Source of the DNA: an uncultured Planctomycetales bacterium
GTDB lineage: Bacteria; Omnitrophota; Gorgyraeia; Zapsychrales; JAHFFX01
Assembly: GCA_964612665.1 (NCBI GenBank)
Contig: CAZTCI010000007.1
Span: forward strand, 18,981-82,980
Length of the DNA stretch: 64,000 bases
Direction: 5' to 3'
Below, piece by piece: positions 1 to 7,585 of the stretch (position 1 is the first letter of the stretch; each line of letters starts with the position of its first letter). A program made the translations under genes and the position numbers. The notes under the pieces were generated by a model. It was not told the origin of the DNA and ran no database searches. It worked only from the letters and a program-made list of their open reading frames with translations.

Positions 1-1176
1 AATTGGACCAAACACTTCTTCTTGCGCGACTGTCATTGAATTTTTGACGTCCGCCAAGATCGTCGGCTCAATATAAAAACCACTGCGCAAAGAAGCGCCG
101 CCGGGAATTTTACCGCCGCACACAACTTTGGCGCCTTCTTTTTTTCCGGTTTCAATGAAGGCCAGCATTTTGTCACGGGCTTCACGACTTATGACCGGCC
201 CAAAGTCTGTGTCATAACTGTCTGCCGGGCCGATTTTTAAACTTTTTGTTTTGGCAATCAACCGCTCTAAGAATTCGTTGTAAATCTTATCTTCCAAAAG
301 AAGCCTTGAGCCTGCTGTGCACATCTGGCCCTGGTTCATAAAAATCGCGGACATTGTTCCGCCAAGCGCGGCGTCCAAATCACAATCCGCAAAAACAATA
401 TTGGGCGATTTGCCACCGAGCTCGAGACAAATTTTTTTCATTGTGCCGGACGCCAACCGCATAATCTCCTGGCCGGTTTTACTACCGCCGGAGAAACTCA
501 CCATGTCAACTTGCGGATGTTTCACTAATTCAGCCGAAACCTGCGCGTCGTTCGTTGTGACAAAATTTAAAACGCCTTTGGGCAAACCCGACTGTGCGAT
601 GATTTCGGCGAGCTTCATAATGGAAACGCTGGCCAAAGGCGACGGTTTAAAAACAACCGTGTTCCCGGCGATCAACGCCGGCGCGATCTTCCACGCCGCC
701 ATAATGAGCGGATAATTATAAGGAATGATTGCGGCCACAACCCCGAGGGGTTCGCGCTCAACAAAGTTAATCACTGGATCAGCGACGTTACGCTTATCGC
801 TTTTTAACTGCCATTCAGCGCTAGCAAAATATTCAAACGTATCCGCGCACGTCGGCACATCAATAAACGTTGTTTGCTTGATTGTCTTACCCGTTGAACG
901 GCATTCCAAATCCGCCAAGACCTTCGCGTTCTCACGAACCAACTGCGCAATTTTCAAAAGATACTGCCCGCGTTCTTTGATCGACAAGCCGGACCACGAT
1001 CCGTCATCAAATTTTTGCCGGCCAGCGAGAATTGCGGCATCAATGTCTTCTTTCGTCGCCTGCGCAATTTTGGCAATCACTTCGCCGGTTGAAGGATTAA
1101 TTGCGTCAAAATAACTCTCTTCAATGGAAAAATTCGATTGACCGTTAATAAACAACCTGTATTTAACAATGTTCAT
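1..1176 (-). CDS. aldehyde dehydrogenase (ALDH superfamily); C-terminal end runs off the window start
   Basis: Absent from the ORF track because there is no stop in the window. Reverse-strand translation from ATG (1176-1174) gives MNIVKYRLFINGQS... with the catalytic Glu motif ELGGKSP, the catalytic Cys motif MNQGQMCTAGSR, and EEVFGPI encoded at about 1-40. The ATG overlaps the TGA of the upstream small ORF (ATGA). Confidence 0.85.
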   Translation of the reverse strand, partial: MNIVKYRLFINGQSNFSIEESYFDAINPSTGEVIAKIAQATKEDIDAAILAGRQKFDDGSWSGLSIKERGQYLLKIAQLVRENAKVLADLECRSTGKTIKQTTFIDVPTCADTFEYFASAEWQLKSDKRNVADPVINFVEREPLGVVAAIIPYNYPLIMAAWKIAPALIAGNTVVFKPSPLASVSIMKLAEIIAQSGLPKGVLNFVTTNDAQVSAELVKHPQVDMVSFSGGSKTGQEIMRLASGTMKKICLELGGKSPNIVFADCDLDAALGGTMSAIFMNQGQMCTAGSRLLLEDKIYNEFLERLIAKTKSLKIGPADSYDTDFGPVISREARDKMLAFIETGKKEGAKVVCGGKIPGGASLRSGFYIEPTILADVKNSMTVAQEEVFGPI

Positions 1177-1385
1177 TTTTTTAAGAAACTAAAAAACAAT
1201 TTCAACAGATCAAAAATTACGACTCCAATAAAAAGAATTAAAAACCATATACCTTCAGATGTTAAATATTCCTTCACACTCTCAGTTCTCTTAACAGCAA
1301 CGACTATAAAAAACATAGTCAACCATGCGGCTATGTTTAAAAATAAGACGATTCTTTCACCATCCTGATTTTGATTTCTGATCAT
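1173..1385 (-). CDS. small hypothetical membrane protein (70 aa, two predicted TM helices)
   Basis: ORF track. Hydrophobic stretches LFLNIAAWLTMFFIVVAV and IWFLILFIGVVIF. ATGA overlaps link it to both neighbours, which suggests translational coupling within the operon. Confidence 0.35.
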   Translation of the reverse strand: MIRNQNQDGERIVLFLNIAAWLTMFFIVVAVKRTESVKEYLTSEGIWFLILFIGVVIFDLLKLFFSFLKK

Positions 1386-1729
1386 AGTATGAATCCTTTT
1401 TCTGTTTCTTCTTTTGTGAATTCACGCAATATTTCGTAGTCAGCTTCCATCCGAAGCTCTAATGCCCTGTTAAAAGATCGTCCATAATTCCCTTCAATGA
1501 TTCCCTGCTTCACAAAAATCTATCCAAACTTTGTAATCGCGCCTGTGTGACTTTGAGCCACAATGTCTTTTGTCAATAGCGCGGCTCTAGCTAAATCCAG
1601 AAAAACATAATACGCTCGAGAAATAGCACTCCGATAACCGCCTGAATCCAAAAGATTTTTGGCATCGATCAGATTTTGCTGGCTTATTTTGAGAAGTGAC
1701 TCAATTTCTTTCTTATGATTTTTCTTCAT
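1382..1729 (-). pseudogene. HEPN-domain toxin gene (HEPN/MNT pair) interrupted by an in-frame TAG at 1520-1522
   Basis: The 69-aa ORF 1520..1729 carries the N-terminal HEPN helices (YRSAISRAYYVFLDLARAALL...SHTG). Continuing in the same frame past the TAG gives 45 more residues (IFVKQGIIEGNYGRSFNRALELRMEADYEILREF...) that complete a typical HEPN (PF05168-like) domain and end at a TGA overlapping the next start. TAG is a genuine stop in this genome: the PNP gene ends in TAG at 5145-5147. Confidence 0.55.
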
Positions 1730-2136
1730 AAGGGTATGCCTTCTTGAAAAACAATGCTCAAAAATGAACTATTCCATTTTTTATATTGTTGATATTGTTT
1801 CTTTAAAAATATGATCGGGCTGACAAAGGAAGCAAAATCATAATCCATCATCACATCCCAACAAAGATCCTGAATTTTTTCCTTTACTTCGCTACTATTT
1901 GTATTTAACACAATCAGGACATCCACGTCGGAATGCTGACCGCTATCTCCCCTGGCCTGAGATCCAAAAAGTAAAATTTTATTAATTTGTCTAGGAAATT
2001 TTTTGTGAATACGGCGGACATATTCATCAAGTATTTCTTTTCCATTAAATGATTTTTTTTTCATTTTTTCGTTCTCTGTTATTCCACCGGCACCAATTCC
2101 CACAACTGAAACAACCGGCTGCACGGCGCGTACCAT
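1726..2136 (-). CDS. MNT-type nucleotidyltransferase (antitoxin partner of the HEPN gene)
   Basis: LFGSQARGDSGQHSDVDVLIV is the hG[GS]x9-13Dh[DE]h minimal nucleotidyltransferase motif. The likely true start is MKKKS at 2064, 14 bp after the upstream stop. There is a 4-bp overlap with the downstream HEPN ORF. Confidence 0.8.
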   Translation of the reverse strand: MVRAVQPVVSVVGIGAGGITENEKMKKKSFNGKEILDEYVRRIHKKFPRQINKILLFGSQARGDSGQHSDVDVLIVLNTNSSEVKEKIQDLCWDVMMDYDFASFVSPIIFLKKQYQQYKKWNSSFLSIVFQEGIPL

Positions 2137-3107
2137 TTGGAAATTTTCGCGAAATCCCCGCGCAGGTTCATTTTCTTTTGCGTCGTTGCCACAAACGGAT
2201 CGATCTCACGGTTAAAAACTTGACGCCAGACTGTTTCAGGCGCGGAAATTAAGAACTCTACATTCTCGTCGTTGCCGGTCTTCACAATCCGCCCGTTTTC
2301 AAATTGAAAACTGTACGTGTTGCCGGTTTCATTTAATCGCACCGCTAGATCCATCGTCATTTTCGTTTTTTGCCCGAGTTCTTTGAGCTGTTCATCAGCG
2401 TTGACCAAGCGGACAATCTCTTTGATCTGCTCCTCGGAGAAAAGCTTGTACTTTTTGCTTGAATTTTTTCCGCCGCTTGCTGTTTTCGAAGTTCTCTTAG
2501 GCTTGACCGTTTTTCCCGACGGTGACAACGTTGATTCATAAAGTCGACTTAATGCTTCGATCTTCGCGGCTTCTTCTAAACCCTGGATTAGAAGAAAACA
2601 ATCAAACAGATCTTTCCCCATCGCAACCACACCGTGGTTTTTAAGGACCACGATATTATTCTTCTTAAGCGCCGCCACAACCGGAGCCGCGTCCGTCACA
2701 GACGGCGTTGATTGTTCAATGGATTTAACTTCGCCTAAATAAAATTTGGCCTCAAAAGTGGTTGGTGTAAACGAATCATGTTTCAAAAAGTAGGCACTGG
2801 TGTAGGTTGTGTGTGAATGCAGAACCGTTTTAACGTCTGGAAAATTTTTGTAAATTTCAGTATGGAGCAATTTCTCGGTTGACACCATGCCAGGTTCAAG
2901 CAAATTGCCGTCGAGCTTCATCAATAGAATGTCTTTCTCCTGCAAAAGTCCCAGGCATGTGCTGTGCGCCGTGATCAAAATCGTGTCACCTTCCGCCCGC
3001 ACGCTGATATTGCCGTTTAGCCCAGTGACGAGATCTTTTTCCCACAACAACCGGCCGATGGCGATCATGTTGGTTTTGAGTTGTTTGATAAGATTTTCAT
3101 TCATCAT
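2079..3107 (-). CDS. class II aldolase/adducin-domain protein (fuculose-1-P aldolase / MtnB / Ald2-like) fused to a C-terminal SCP2 sterol-carrier domain
   Basis: N-terminal GLNGNISVR, metal-binding HSHTTYTSAY and KNHGVVAMGKDL are class II aldolase hallmarks. The C-terminal ~120 aa (NTYSFQFENGRIV...KKMNLRGDFAKISKW) match the SCP2 fold consensus. Confidence 0.75.
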   Translation of the reverse strand: MMNENLIKQLKTNMIAIGRLLWEKDLVTGLNGNISVRAEGDTILITAHSTCLGLLQEKDILLMKLDGNLLEPGMVSTEKLLHTEIYKNFPDVKTVLHSHTTYTSAYFLKHDSFTPTTFEAKFYLGEVKSIEQSTPSVTDAAPVVAALKKNNIVVLKNHGVVAMGKDLFDCFLLIQGLEEAAKIEALSRLYESTLSPSGKTVKPKRTSKTASGGKNSSKKYKLFSEEQIKEIVRLVNADEQLKELGQKTKMTMDLAVRLNETGNTYSFQFENGRIVKTGNDENVEFLISAPETVWRQVFNREIDPFVATTQKKMNLRGDFAKISKWYAPCSRLFQLWELVPVE

Positions 3108-3166
3108 TTCATTACCTTACGCAGTCCGGCGAAGCCAAACGCGAAAGCAATTTAGCGAAGACGGAT

Positions 3167-3682
3167 TCATGAATAAATTTCCGTTATATATTTTCTAGGC
3201 AGCCATTCAACCAAGGGCGCGTACCCGCGCACACCTTTGGGCGCGACGGGATGTTTTTGAAATTCCAAAAGATCTTTCTCTGGGCTTAAAAATCTTGTTT
3301 TGCGTGCGGCGGGGAAAAGATAAACCGGCACGTTGTGTTTCTTCGCAAGCACGCCCAAAATCAAAGCGCCGATATCACACAAAGCCGCTTCCTTGTCCGC
3401 CATCTGATAAGCCATCCAAACTTCCTTTACCAATTCTTTAAAAAATAAAAATCCCGCCATGTTGTCTGAAATCAGCGTCGGAGTTATCTTTCTTTTCAAA
3501 AGTTCTTCGCAGGAATTCTGAGCCGCTTCGAGCGTCGGCCTTCCTTCCGTTAAAAATATTTCCGAAAAATTTTGTTCTTTTAAACCATCAAAAAATTTTG
3601 AATCAAAGACACCGTGAATTAAGGTAACGGAATTTTTAGCGTGAGTAAGCGCTTGTTTCTTATTCAATGCTTGTTGATCCAT
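3167..3682 (-). CDS. truncated IF-2B-family paralog (C-terminal Rossmann-like domain only), probably non-catalytic
   Basis: Over its length it aligns to residues ~150-320 of the adjacent isomerase (TEGRP...TLISDNMAGF...HNVPVYLFPAA against ETRP...TLIADNAVGS...FGLPVYALTQ). It lacks the HCN Cys and the GxDRxxANGD Asp regions. Confidence 0.55.
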   Translation of the reverse strand: MDQQALNKKQALTHAKNSVTLIHGVFDSKFFDGLKEQNFSEIFLTEGRPTLEAAQNSCEELLKRKITPTLISDNMAGFLFFKELVKEVWMAYQMADKEAALCDIGALILGVLAKKHNVPVYLFPAARKTRFLSPEKDLLEFQKHPVAPKGVRGYAPLVEWLPRKYITEIYS

Positions 3683-3694
3683 CTTAATTTAGAA

Positions 3695-4702
3695 TCAAGG
3701 CCGCCCCGAAGGATCGACCGTTATCTGCCTTTTAATCAACTCATGCGGCACAACATCAAAACCGGGATAAAATCCTTTAATGGCGCCCACAATTATCTTC
3801 TTGCCTTTAAACATTAGAAGCTCATCCTCGTCTCTTAATTCAATCGGAATGGCATTTCCCGACGGAATTTTATTAGACGGCTGGGTCAGCGCATAAACAG
3901 GTAAACCGAATTCTTGGGCCACAACCGCGATTTGATAGGTTCCAATTTTATTAGCGATATCACCATTGGCGCAGGACCGGTCAGAACCGACGATGACTTT
4001 GCTGACCAAACCATCAGCCATAAGTGAACCAACCGCGTTGTCGGCAATCAATGTCACCTGCGCACCCATTTCTTTTAATTCCCAACAAGTCAATTTCGCG
4101 CCTTGGAAATATGGACGCGTTTCAGTCGCGAAATAATGAACATCTTTGCCTTGTTCTGCGCAAATTTGTGATGCCATCGCGAGTTCACCGCTCACGTTGC
4201 AATGTGTGAGAACACGGTCGCCGTCTTCGATAACGGCAGCAATTTCCTCGACGCGTTTTAAACGTTTCACCCGGATGCCCATTAAAAAGCCTTGAATATT
4301 TTTTTCTAAGAATGTCCGCAGATCCGCCTTCTGCTCTCGAGCCATTTGCGTCCAGCCAAGGACAATGCCGGTAACTTCGGAAAATGGAAACGTCGGGCGG
4401 CTGTTGTTTAACGCGTCGGCCGTTTTCTTTAATTCATCTAATAATTTTTCATCCGAATTAATGTCTTTCCGTTTCAGCACAAGCAAAAACGTATTTAACA
4501 CAACCAAAAACTGCCCAAACGCCCGCGTCTTCATGTTGCGAATGACATTAACTGCCTCTTCAGTATTCTTGACCGGAATGTAATGCAACCTCGACGGCAA
4601 TTGCGTTTCATCTAAAACCAATAATGTGTCGCATTCCAAACGGGCAGGCCAAAATAAAGGAGATTCTTTCATAAGTTTCCGTGGGACGTAGGACGTAAGC
4701 AC
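3695..4702 (-). CDS. IF-2B family sugar-phosphate isomerase (MtnA-like methylthioribose-1-P / 5-deoxyribose-1-P isomerase, or ribose-1,5-bisphosphate isomerase)
   Basis: THCN, ETRPYFQGAKLTCWEL, VTLIADNAVG, VIVGSDRSCANGDIANKIGTY and GLPVYAL are family signatures. The annotated N-terminus is read through the REP element; the likely true start is MKESP at 4672. Confidence 0.8.
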   Translation of the reverse strand: MLTSYVPRKLMKESPLFWPARLECDTLLVLDETQLPSRLHYIPVKNTEEAVNVIRNMKTRAFGQFLVVLNTFLLVLKRKDINSDEKLLDELKKTADALNNSRPTFPFSEVTGIVLGWTQMAREQKADLRTFLEKNIQGFLMGIRVKRLKRVEEIAAVIEDGDRVLTHCNVSGELAMASQICAEQGKDVHYFATETRPYFQGAKLTCWELKEMGAQVTLIADNAVGSLMADGLVSKVIVGSDRSCANGDIANKIGTYQIAVVAQEFGLPVYALTQPSNKIPSGNAIPIELRDEDELLMFKGKKIIVGAIKGFYPGFDVVPHELIKRQITVDPSGRP

Positions 4703-4714
4703 GTGGGGACGTCC
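4679..4714. repeat. REP-like palindromic element, copy A (ACGTCC / GGACGT / CACGTG modules)
   Basis: CCGTGGGACGTAGGACGTAAGCACGTGGGGACGTCC. It shares a 21-bp block with copy C and its modules with copy B. Intergenic. Confidence 0.6.
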
Positions 4715-4763
4715 GCTCGGTCGAGTAAAAATATTTAATTAATTTCCTTAATTTTTATAGCTT

Positions 4764-4868
4764 TTAAATCAATTCCTTGAACTGTTCATCGATCAAACCA
4801 ATAATTTTGAATCCAACTTTCATTAAAGCTTTCACAATGCGATCTGAAGAAAGATCTGTAAAAAGCAT
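4764..4868 (-). pseudogene. hicA toxin remnant (34-aa N-terminal fragment)
   Basis: MLFTDLSSDRIVKALMKVGFKII resembles the HicA N-terminus (S-x-E/D-hh-K-x-L-x-K-x-GF). It terminates before the catalytic GSH/His region and no frame continues it. The TAATG overlaps the hicB stop. Confidence 0.4.
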
Positions 4869-5062
4869 TAAGCATTCACCTCAACCTCGTAGAGCGTTCC
4901 CTTCTCTTCATCGGCTACCATCTCTAAATAAGTCTTGATGGCATCTTTGATATTTTCCAAAGCCTCCTGAACAGTTTCTCCTTGGCTATGACATCCTGGA
5001 AGCAAAGGACAATGCACATCATAACCATGAGAGCTTTTATGCACTGTAACTGGAAATTTCAT
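4868..5062 (-). CDS. hicB: HicB-family antitoxin (UPF0150)
   Basis: MKFPVTVHKSSHGYDVHCPLLPGCHSQGETVQEALENIKDAIKTYLE is a near-textbook HicB N-domain. There is a strong AGGAGG RBS. Confidence 0.85.
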   Translation of the reverse strand: MKFPVTVHKSSHGYDVHCPLLPGCHSQGETVQEALENIKDAIKTYLEMVADEEKGTLYEVEVNA

Positions 5063-5099
5063 GTCTAATTTCCTCCTTTGCCATTTATTTTAAAGTTTT

Positions 5100-5137
5100 C
5101 GTAGGACGTCCAACGTGCTCACGTCCCACGTCCTACG
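5100..5137. repeat. REP-like palindromic element, copy B
   Basis: CGTAGGACGTCCAACGTGCTCACGTCCCACGTCCTACG. The outer 10-bp arms are exact reverse complements, with nested GGACGTCC and ACGTG..CACGT palindromes inside. Confidence 0.65.
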
Positions 5138-5144
5138 TTAGTCA

Positions 5145-5909
5145 CTATTTCCCTTCCAATTTCTTAACCAAATTCAACGCAATCGAAACCGTGGCGCTTT
5201 CGGCCATGTAGTAATTGGGATCCATGAAACCCATTTCACCCGTAATGATGTTGTCGCTGACCGCCAGAATGACCGCTGCCGGAATTTTATAAAGCTGAGC
5301 CAGCGTCAAGAAAACTGAACTGACCATGTCAACGGCGACGCAGCCTTGTTCCAAAACTGGATTCACGTGTTCTTTGGTTTCACGCAAGATCGCATCTGTT
5401 GACCAAACACGGCCGGTGTGCACGGTCAATCCTGAACCTTGGGCAATTTCTAAAATCGATTTTGTCAATTTCGCATCCGCAACCGGTTGAAATTCTGGTT
5501 TCACATAATACGGTGTCACGCCATCGCCGCGCCAGGCGCTGTCCGCGACGATCAAATCACCGATTTTGATATTTTCACTTAACGCCCCGCAGCTGCCAAC
5601 GCGGATCATACATCCTGGTTTAGCATTACACAGAAGTTCGGTTGTAATCGCCGTATCCGCCGAAAAACGCCCGCCGTTAATCGCCGTGATTCGCGTGCCT
5701 GCGAAATTTCCGGTGTACATGTTATATTCCATGAAGGAGAAATTCTTAATCGGATTCTCAAGCTTCTTAATTAAACTCTCCAACCGTTCGCGCGGGCCGG
5801 GAACAATCGCGTACTTCCCAACATCCTCATGGCGTAGCTGCACCATCCCCATCAGATCTTTCCCGGTTAAGTGAACGTCTCGAGTCATTTTTGCTGTTTG
5901 CGTTGGCAT
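5145..5909 (-). CDS. nucleoside phosphorylase, PNP/UDP family 1 (DeoD-type purine, uridine or MTA phosphorylase-like)
   Basis: MIRVGSCGAL and TGRVWSTD are hexameric PNP/Udp motifs. AGGAG RBS. Stop codon is TAG. Confidence 0.8.
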   Translation of the reverse strand: MPTQTAKMTRDVHLTGKDLMGMVQLRHEDVGKYAIVPGPRERLESLIKKLENPIKNFSFMEYNMYTGNFAGTRITAINGGRFSADTAITTELLCNAKPGCMIRVGSCGALSENIKIGDLIVADSAWRGDGVTPYYVKPEFQPVADAKLTKSILEIAQGSGLTVHTGRVWSTDAILRETKEHVNPVLEQGCVAVDMVSSVFLTLAQLYKIPAAVILAVSDNIITGEMGFMDPNYYMAESATVSIALNLVKKLEGK

Positions 5910-5921
5910 AACATTGTCTCC

Positions 5922-7430
5922 TTAAGTTAATACTTCTTGTTTGAGTAATGCTTTATCAATTTTTCCTGTACGATTTTTGGGTAACGATTCGCGAATCTCG
6001 ATGGTCTGAGGCACTTTAAAATTGGCCAAATGCTCCTTAGTAAAATAACGTAAATCTTCAGCACTAGTTTTGCTATCCGGTTTCAACACAATAAAAGCTT
6101 TTACAGCTTCACCGCGCAACGGATCCGTAACACCAATAACTGCCACCTCGGCGACCGCTTCATGTTTATAAAACGCTGCTTCCACCTCCGGCGCGTAAAC
6201 GATTTGTCCGGCGACTTTGATCATCTCTTTTTTACGTCCGACAATATAAAGGAAGCTTTCCTCATCAAACCGGCCTAAGTCGCCTGTGTGAAACCAGCCA
6301 TTACGTTTCGTCATGGCCGTTGTTTGAGGGTCTTTATAATATTCCTTCAGGACAATCCAGCCGCGGATGACAATTTCACCCACTTGTCCCGTTGGCATTT
6401 CGCGGTCGTCTTCGTCCACAATTTTAATGTCACAATGCGGCGCGGACTTACCAACACTTTCGATTTTGTTACTGCCTAATGGAGTCACGGTATTGGGCGG
6501 ACAAGTTTCGGTCATGCCCCAGCCATTTAAGAATTTAGCGTTGGGACAATACTGATTAAAACGTTGTAAAATTTCCGGCGCGCTTGGGGCGCCGAACACA
6601 ACGACCCAGCGCAGGGACGATAAATTAAACTTTTCAATCTGTTTTAAAGAAAGAATCGCCGTATACATCGCCGGCACAATGTGAAAGCAAGTAACCTGAT
6701 ATTGCTCAATATTTTTTAAAAATTCTAACGGGTTAAAACGTTCCATCAGAATCAAGGTGATACCGAAGGTAATGCAGTTTTGAATATAAATAAATCCGCC
6801 GATATGGCTTAAAGGCAACGCAGAAAGTTTACAGTCCCGCTCAGATAAATCCACAAAATATTTCATGGCCGCGGGCGAGCCTTCCAAATGTTTGTAGGTT
6901 AATACAATGCCTTTAGGCGCGCCGGTTGTGCCGGAGGTATACATAATTAAGGCGGGGTCGGATTCTCGAATGTGTGCTGGAGCAAGTTGCGGAGAGGTTT
7001 CTTCTAACAAGGTTTCAAAAGAAAGGGCGCTCTCCCTTTCTTTTCCGTCGCCGGATAAAATGATTTTAAGTGAAGGAAGAGCGCTCGTAATTATTTTTAA
7101 ATCTGCGTCATTATTTTCTTGGGCAATCAAAATTTTGGTTTCCGCATGAGTAAGACACGATAAAATTTCTTCCGTTTTAAGCATGTAATCCAGAGGAACA
7201 CCAACTGCGCCCAAACAAAAACACGCCAAGTAACTATAAATATACGCTGGGCTGTTCGGTAAATAAATGCCAATTTTATCGCCCTCTTCAACGCCTTGCT
7301 GGCGTAACGCATGCGCGAGACATAAAACATTGTGATTAAGTTGTGCAAAGCTAATGCTTTGCTCCTTAAAAACAATGGCGGATTTTTGGGGAAACTGTTT
7401 CGCTGTTTCCTGCAGAATTTCTCTAATCAT
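5922..7430 (-). CDS. AMP-dependent acyl-CoA synthetase/ligase
   Basis: YTSGTTGAPKG AMP-binding motif, GWGMTE, and C-terminal PKNRTGKIDK. Confidence 0.85.
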   Translation of the reverse strand: MIREILQETAKQFPQKSAIVFKEQSISFAQLNHNVLCLAHALRQQGVEEGDKIGIYLPNSPAYIYSYLACFCLGAVGVPLDYMLKTEEILSCLTHAETKILIAQENNDADLKIITSALPSLKIILSGDGKERESALSFETLLEETSPQLAPAHIRESDPALIMYTSGTTGAPKGIVLTYKHLEGSPAAMKYFVDLSERDCKLSALPLSHIGGFIYIQNCITFGITLILMERFNPLEFLKNIEQYQVTCFHIVPAMYTAILSLKQIEKFNLSSLRWVVVFGAPSAPEILQRFNQYCPNAKFLNGWGMTETCPPNTVTPLGSNKIESVGKSAPHCDIKIVDEDDREMPTGQVGEIVIRGWIVLKEYYKDPQTTAMTKRNGWFHTGDLGRFDEESFLYIVGRKKEMIKVAGQIVYAPEVEAAFYKHEAVAEVAVIGVTDPLRGEAVKAFIVLKPDSKTSAEDLRYFTKEHLANFKVPQTIEIRESLPKNRTGKIDKALLKQEVLT

Positions 7431-7474
7431 GGATATCTTAAACGTTAACTGGTCGTGAAATTTGAATTTATAGA

Positions 7475-7496
7475 AACTAGTAAAATTTTACTAGTT
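7475..7496. promoter_or_regulatory. perfect 22-bp palindrome AACTAGTAAAATTTTACTAGTT in the acyl-CoA synthetase promoter region
   Basis: Read directly from the sequence. It lies 45-66 bp upstream of the start at 7430 and immediately downstream of the padR-family gene. Candidate operator. Confidence 0.4.
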
Positions 7497-7585
7497 AGAT
7501 TTTATTAAGGAATGGGGCGTTGTCAAGCAATATCTTCCTTCTCTATATTAATATATAACGACGAGCTTGGCGCTGAAGGGACTGC

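Noticed and set aside
317-1114. Plus-strand ORFs 317..715 and 725..1114 from the ORF track
   Set aside because: They are shadow frames opposite a clearly recognisable minus-strand aldehyde dehydrogenase (ELGGKSP, catalytic-Cys and EEVFGPI motifs). They are low-complexity translations with no motif.
1520-1522. Possibility that TAG is a sense codon (alternative genetic code), making the HEPN gene intact
   Set aside because: The PNP-family gene ends in TAG at 5145-5147, immediately followed by intergenic REP sequence, and the coiled-coil gene ends in TAG at 12297-12299. TAG therefore functions as a stop here.
3167-4702. Read-through fusion of the isomerase and the short IF-2B paralog (same reading frame)
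   Set aside because: Two stop codons (TGA at 3695-3697 and TAA within 3686-3691) separate them, and the short gene has its own ATG. The shared frame appears coincidental.
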